From Cercozoa sp. M6MM (Eukaryota; Protista; Endomyxa: Ascetosporea), in NCBI GenBank assembly GCA_040357565.1, contig JBDODJ010000051.1: a stretch of 64,000 nt of DNA. One strand, given 5' to 3'. The position numbers and the translations under genes are program-made. The stretch's first letter is position 1. Each line of letters opens with the position of its first letter. Shown piece after piece: positions 58,701 through 64,000 of this stretch. The notes beneath the pieces are model-generated. The model had not been told where the DNA came from and made no database searches. It worked only from the letters and a program-made list of their open reading frames with translations.

Positions 58701-61700
58701 GCACATCGAGCGATTCCACGACTGTCCATTTGTACATAGATGTGAGTTCATTTGGACAGACCAGTCACTCTATTTGTACCGCCATTCAATGAGGCCGTGC
58801 GACCATGTTCGTCGGGAACGAACTGCGCCAGCGGAATGAAGGTGCGGGCCACCACGCGCTCCACTCCTCTGTAGAGAGGAGAATAGGATAAAAATAGAAG
58901 GGTAGAGTAGAAGGGGACACAGTTTGAGCACGTGATCAATCACGTGCACTTCGAGAACGGGCGAGAAACGCCGTCGCGTCGGCACGAGCAGCGGGAACTT
59001 GAGCACCTCGAGAATGTTGGCGTTGCTCACCGACGGAGAAGCACTCGCCTGCGTGTCCAGCACTGCGCCGTCCGGTGCTATCACCTGCGGGTAAACAGGA
59101 ATAAACAGAGGTACATAGCGGGTTCACACGGGGAAAGAGGGTAAAGAGGTAAAGAGGGGTAAAAAGGGGTAAAGAGGGCGTATGCGGGGGGGGGGGGCGC
59201 CCGAGTCTACCCGGACAGAGAGTTTGCGCAGCGAGATGCTTTGATGTTGCACTCCGCGCAGTCCCAGAATCACCTGTCATGCACATCTGACCCCTTACCC
59301 CTATCCCATATATTGGTACCAAATGTAGCCACTGTAGTCGCATAGGCGGTCGCAGAGCAGGCATCAAAGGCGGCCCAGACATGTCCATTTGTGCCGTACC
59401 TGTTGGAACACTTAAGGGTGCGATCTCTCTCTCGTCCAGGAGGAGAAACGACGCCAACACGGATCCACGTGGAAGTGCTGCATCACGACGGCGCAGCGGC
59501 AGCCAGCGCGGCATCGGCGCCGCACGCAGCAACAGAGACGCGTCGCGTCGCAACTGCTCCGCCGTCAGGTAGCCCTCCTCTGCCTCCATTTCGTCCTCTG
59601 TGATAGTGGCAAAGGGAGTAAACAGGAGAACAAACAGGGGGATAAACGGGGGGAGATAACAACGATAACGGAGAAGAATGACAGGGCTCACCTTCGAGAG
59701 CGGCAGCGTCCGCGCGGAAGACGACAAGTCGCTTGCGCGCACGCAGCGCCGTCACCAGCGGCAGACGTAGTTCGCCCAGAGTCACGTCGCCTGTCTCTGC
59801 AGACGCGGCACACTTACCCCCATCTCCACTTTACCTCCCCCTTTACTTTCATACCTCCACCAGCAGACAAAGCGACAAGTTTGATGTCAGGTGCAAAGGC
59901 CAGTGGCACCGGCAGTGCGACGGAGAGTTGCAGCACCTGAAACCACAGCGGGTTCACCGAGTCGCTTACGTAGACCGTCTGTGCCGAGGCGGTGCCGCAT
60001 CGGACCACGAGGTAGGCGTCGCTGGTCCCGTTTGCCTTGGCTGCCGGCAGTCCGCGTGCGTGCCATACTGCAGATACATCCTCCTTATATCAAAATATAC
60101 ATTACACTTGTATAGATATGTTCATACATATATATCCATATATAGAGATATAGATACACTGAGATATGTTCATTTATACACCATATATGTATACATGCAT
60201 ACATACATCAACATATATAATATATATAGAATATACCCCTCCTACCATAGGCTCGCAGGAGGAAACGTTGCATCTGCGGCATGCCAAGATTCGCGTCTAA
60301 CAGCGGCGGCATCGGCACTTGCTCCGCTTCCTGTCCGAAGAGAGGGATAAAGGATATAGAGTAAAAGCGAGGGGGGGGTAAAATTACCTCCACCTCCAGC
60401 GGATGCTCCACGAAGCGCACGCGCAGCTGCGTCAAAGCACCGCGCAGCGCGGCCTCGGACAGCGGCACCCACTTCTCCTTGGTCACCGTGTCCCTTTCCT
60501 CTGGGGTAACAGGGGTAACAGGGAGTAACAGAAGAAACAGGGTAACGGGGGGGGGGGGGGTTAAAACGGGATGAAACTCCATACCACCCAACCGACAGGC
60601 GGACGACAGCAACACGTCGCTCAGATTCCACTCGACGAAGCCGAGCGATCGATCGTTTCTACAGAGGGTAAGGGAGTACCAGCGAGTAAAGGAAAGAAGA
60701 GGTAAAGGAGGGAGTAAAGAGAGGTAAGAGGGGTAAGGGGGCAAATGGGGGCAAAGAGGGGTAAGCTCAAACAGCGACTCAATATACGCTTCCGGTGTGC
60801 CGTTGACGGCGTCAAAAAACTCTACTCGCAGTCGTGTCTCTGGTGCTGAAGTGACAAAGGGTACACGAGGGGTTAAATGGGGAAGAACGGCGTTAAAGGG
60901 GTAAAGAGGGAGGCAAAAAAGGGTCGGTCAACAAAGAGGGGCAAAGAGGAGGGTAAGAGGGGGTAAAAAGAAAATAAAGTAAGGGGTAAACACACCAAAC
61001 GGAGCAACGTCTTCAAAGACAGCGCCATCTTCCGGCCACGCCATTGCTTCCTGACGTCCGTGCGGACGTGGCTACAAATACAACTTGCCTCACGTGACTC
61101 CCGTAAGAAAACAGATCCACCAAACTGTACCTCGAACAAGTGGCAGTAGTTCAACTGTTCCGATTCTAACTCCGCGTCCTCTTTTAACCAAAGGAGGTAA
61201 AAAGGGGTAATAAGTGAAGAGCTGGGGTAAAGGGAGTAAAGGACAAACAGCAAAAGAAACCCACCGCCCGGAAAAAACACTTTTGCGAATTCTTTCGCGT
61301 GTTTCGACTTTTTCCGTTCTTTTCGCTTTTTCTGCTTTCTTTTGGGGCAAGTGGAGGATAAAAGTGGTAAAAGAGGGGAGTAAAGGTGGGTAGGGGGGTA
61401 AAATGGATAAAAAGGGGTAATATGATTAGGGCAGTACATGTTGAGTGCCTTCCGCAGTGTGTTGGGACGCTGGAACAAACGTGCCGTAGCATACACTGCC
61501 GTTACACGGCCTGGAATGCACCTGGTAGGGGCAAAGGGGAGTAAACGAAGGAAGTAAAGGAGGCGGGGTAAGAACAGCTACAATCGCCGCGAGCGCAGCA
61601 GAAATATTTTGAGTGTTCCGCGACGCAAATCGACGGCCGAAATCGCTCGTGTTTCTGCCTGTTTCGACAGACTTCAGGGGGGTACAAGGGGGTAAAAGGG

Positions 61701-64000
61701 GTAAAAGAGCTAAAGGGGTAAGCAAGAGGTTGACGGGGTAAACAGGCGGTAAACGTACTCATTGTCGCCATAGATAACTTGAAGCAGAGGCAGATTTTGC
61801 GGCAGAAACGGCCGATTCAACGCGATCGCTGCCGTCGACGGTTGCTTCCTTTGGTACTGTGGGGGATAAACAAGAGGGCAAAAAGGGCGTAAAGGGGTAA
61901 AAAGAGAAGTCAACAAGTATTGTACATCCGAGAGACGCGAGGCACGCAACGACATCAAGGCTGCCCCCGCAAACACCTGAGGCGGGGGGGGTAAGAGGGG
62001 GTAAGGGCAAGAGGGGCAAGAGGGGGTAAGGGTAAGAGGGGTAGAGGGGTAAGGGTAAGAGGGGTAAAGGGGGTAAGGGTAAGAGGGGTAGAGGGGGGAC
62101 GAGGGGGTAGGGCCAAGACCGACCACATGTTCGGCAGCAGGCTCGGCCTTGTCGTTCGAGAATTCGCGCCACTGCCGTCACACAACCGAATTTTACTCCA
62201 CTCCCCCTACCTCCAACACAAAGAAGCCCTACCTGAGGCGGCGACGGAGCATGAGCCGGAGCCTGTCGGATCAGTCGGCTCAACGGCACACGTAAAAATG
62301 ACTGTCGACCCGTCTGCTCCGTCGCCAGGTAGCTGCACCACCGGACCGAACGGGGAAAGGAAGTAAAGGGGGTAAAATGAGGTCAAAAGTGGGGTAGAAT
62401 AAGGTAAACGGGGCGTAGGTGGGGATTAAAGGGGGCGAGTAAAAAGGGGTAAAAAGGAGGCTCAAAGGTAGGTAAAAAGCGGGGTAAAATTGGGGTAAAA
62501 AGGGGCAAAACTATGCGTACACAAACACGTCAGGACACTGCGAGACATCTTTTGGCAGAGTAACCACCACACCGTCCTGTGTTTGTCCAAACTGTCCCTG
62601 TGCCTGTTCAAACTGTCCTTCTCCAGGTTGTCCCTGGTCCGGTCCAGCCTGTTCCTGACCTGATCCGATGGACCGACCGACCAGGGCGAAACCGCCTTGT
62701 GTCTGCAGCACCGGCGAGCGCCACAGCTGACCGCCGCACGTCAGTTGCACCTACAGTGCGTTACCCCCTGTTCACCCCCCCCCCCCCCTGTTTCCCCTCT
62801 CCCCTGTGTACCAGAGCAGGCGAGGTCATGATCTCTCCGACGGCGTAGACGTCGCAAATGATGACATATGTGTCCTGCTCCGGTGCCGTGTCCCACTCGG
62901 ACATCTACGCTTTACCCCCTTATCCCCCTGTGCTCCTCTTTATCCCTCCTTCCTTGACCCCGATAGCCCCAGTGAGTATTACAGGTGTGTCAGAGAGACG
63001 CGCGATTTCACTGACGGCAGGTTCCGGATTCAGCACTTCCTCTGCTCATACAGGAGGTGCAGGGGTCAGTAATAGCAATAGGGGGTATGGGGGGTATAAA
63101 TGGCGTACCCATCTCGCATCGCAGCAGAACACGACCGCGGAAAGCCGTGCCTCCTGTTCACAAACAGGGGTACTTACCCCTTCTAGTTAGCCATCAGAAA
63201 CACACCGACGTTGCCGACGTTCATGGCGAAAGCGCGTCGTTGCGTTGCTCCACCTTCGGCGCTATTCAGGGAAGGGGATTCGGGGTCAACAGGGTGAACG
63301 GGTGGAGGAGGATAAACAGGGGATGAACTGGGGTCAATATGGGTTAACAGGGTAGACTGGGGGTAAATACGGAGTAAAATGGAAATAAACAGGAAGTAAG
63401 TAAACGGGGGAAGGTAAAAGCGCCTACTTGGACGGCTGCTGTCCGATGGGCGCGCCGTAAAAGTTAAGCCATCGTGGCGACAGTTTCCACTGTAAAAATA
63501 GCCACTGAGTCCAGGGTCTAGTTCAGCCAGTGCAGCAGCACGGTAGTACCTTTTGTTTAAGGATACGGTAGTCCAGAAATCCAGCAGCGACCGGAACACT
63601 TTCGTAGGCCGATCGTTGTGCCACTAGCGCCAGCTTAAGTCGCCTGCCAACATGGGTCGGGAGTAAACAGGGGGATAAACAGGGAGTAAACAGGGAGTAA
63701 ACAGGGAGTAAACAGGGTAAATAGGGGATAAACAGTGGGTAAAGACCTCTGTAACTGAGGCTCTGTGACAGGCATCGACAGTCGCAACAGTGGCGACAGA
63801 TTGCCTTTATTCTGAACACTCAGAGAGGGTAAAGAAGGGGTAATAAAAGAGAGTAAAGAGGATGGCAAAGAGGAGGTAAAGTAGGGGCGAAGGATATATA
63901 AGGGAAAGGTACCGCCTCGATCGCGCCAGCCGGAGCAGGCGGCGTGCGTACCATCTCACCCTAAACTTGGGTAAAAGTGGTGAAGGGGTTAAAAAAAAGG
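55727..64000 (-). CDS. Ferlin-family multi-C2 tail-anchored protein (5' end beyond window)
   Basis: C2 motifs GLPAAKANGTSDAYLVVRCG..SVNPLWFQVL, VLRAYVIRARGL..GTCDPYL, FELRMVVWQAK..TDVHWR; C-terminus PAGFGRSAPNEHPHLPKPP-GRFKWSLNPF + TM. Confidence 0.88.
59100..64000. repeat. Degenerate GGGGTAAA/TTTACCCC repeats filling most ferlin introns
   Basis: E.g. 60665-60765, 61350-61425, 61985-62110, 62355-62510, 63655-63745; reverse orientation at ~59815-59855 and 62760-62960. Confidence 0.9.

Overview
Gene-dense, intron-rich eukaryotic DNA from a protist. The actin sequence, a 4-TM V-ATPase c'' and CFAP58 suggest a non-opisthokont with a ciliary gene set; the taxon cannot be fixed from sequence alone. 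Introns are mostly 45-100 nt GT-AG with a marked GTAC 5' preference, so most six-frame ORFs are exon fragments or antisense shadows; all gene models here are manual and approximate. Recognisable genes: a single-pass receptor-like RGS protein, TTLL1, a class I-type PI3K, actin, V-ATPase c'', CFAP58, a secreted tyrosinase with four Cys-rich modules, a WDTC1/DCAF-like WD40 protein, a RAD51 paralogue lacking the P-loop, a cadherin-EGF membrane protein and a ferlin, plus a Mutator-like MITE and many intronic simple repeats. The most novel signal is a pair of signal-peptide genes (19093-25535 and 27541-28175) sharing only a C-terminal ALS[TS][LI]TFGWV motif. The large one has ~35 exons joined almost entirely by phase-0 introns, with many symmetric micro-exons; the small one carries SILK-like and RVxF PP1-docking motifs. 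Together they are a candidate secreted effector/variant-protein system.
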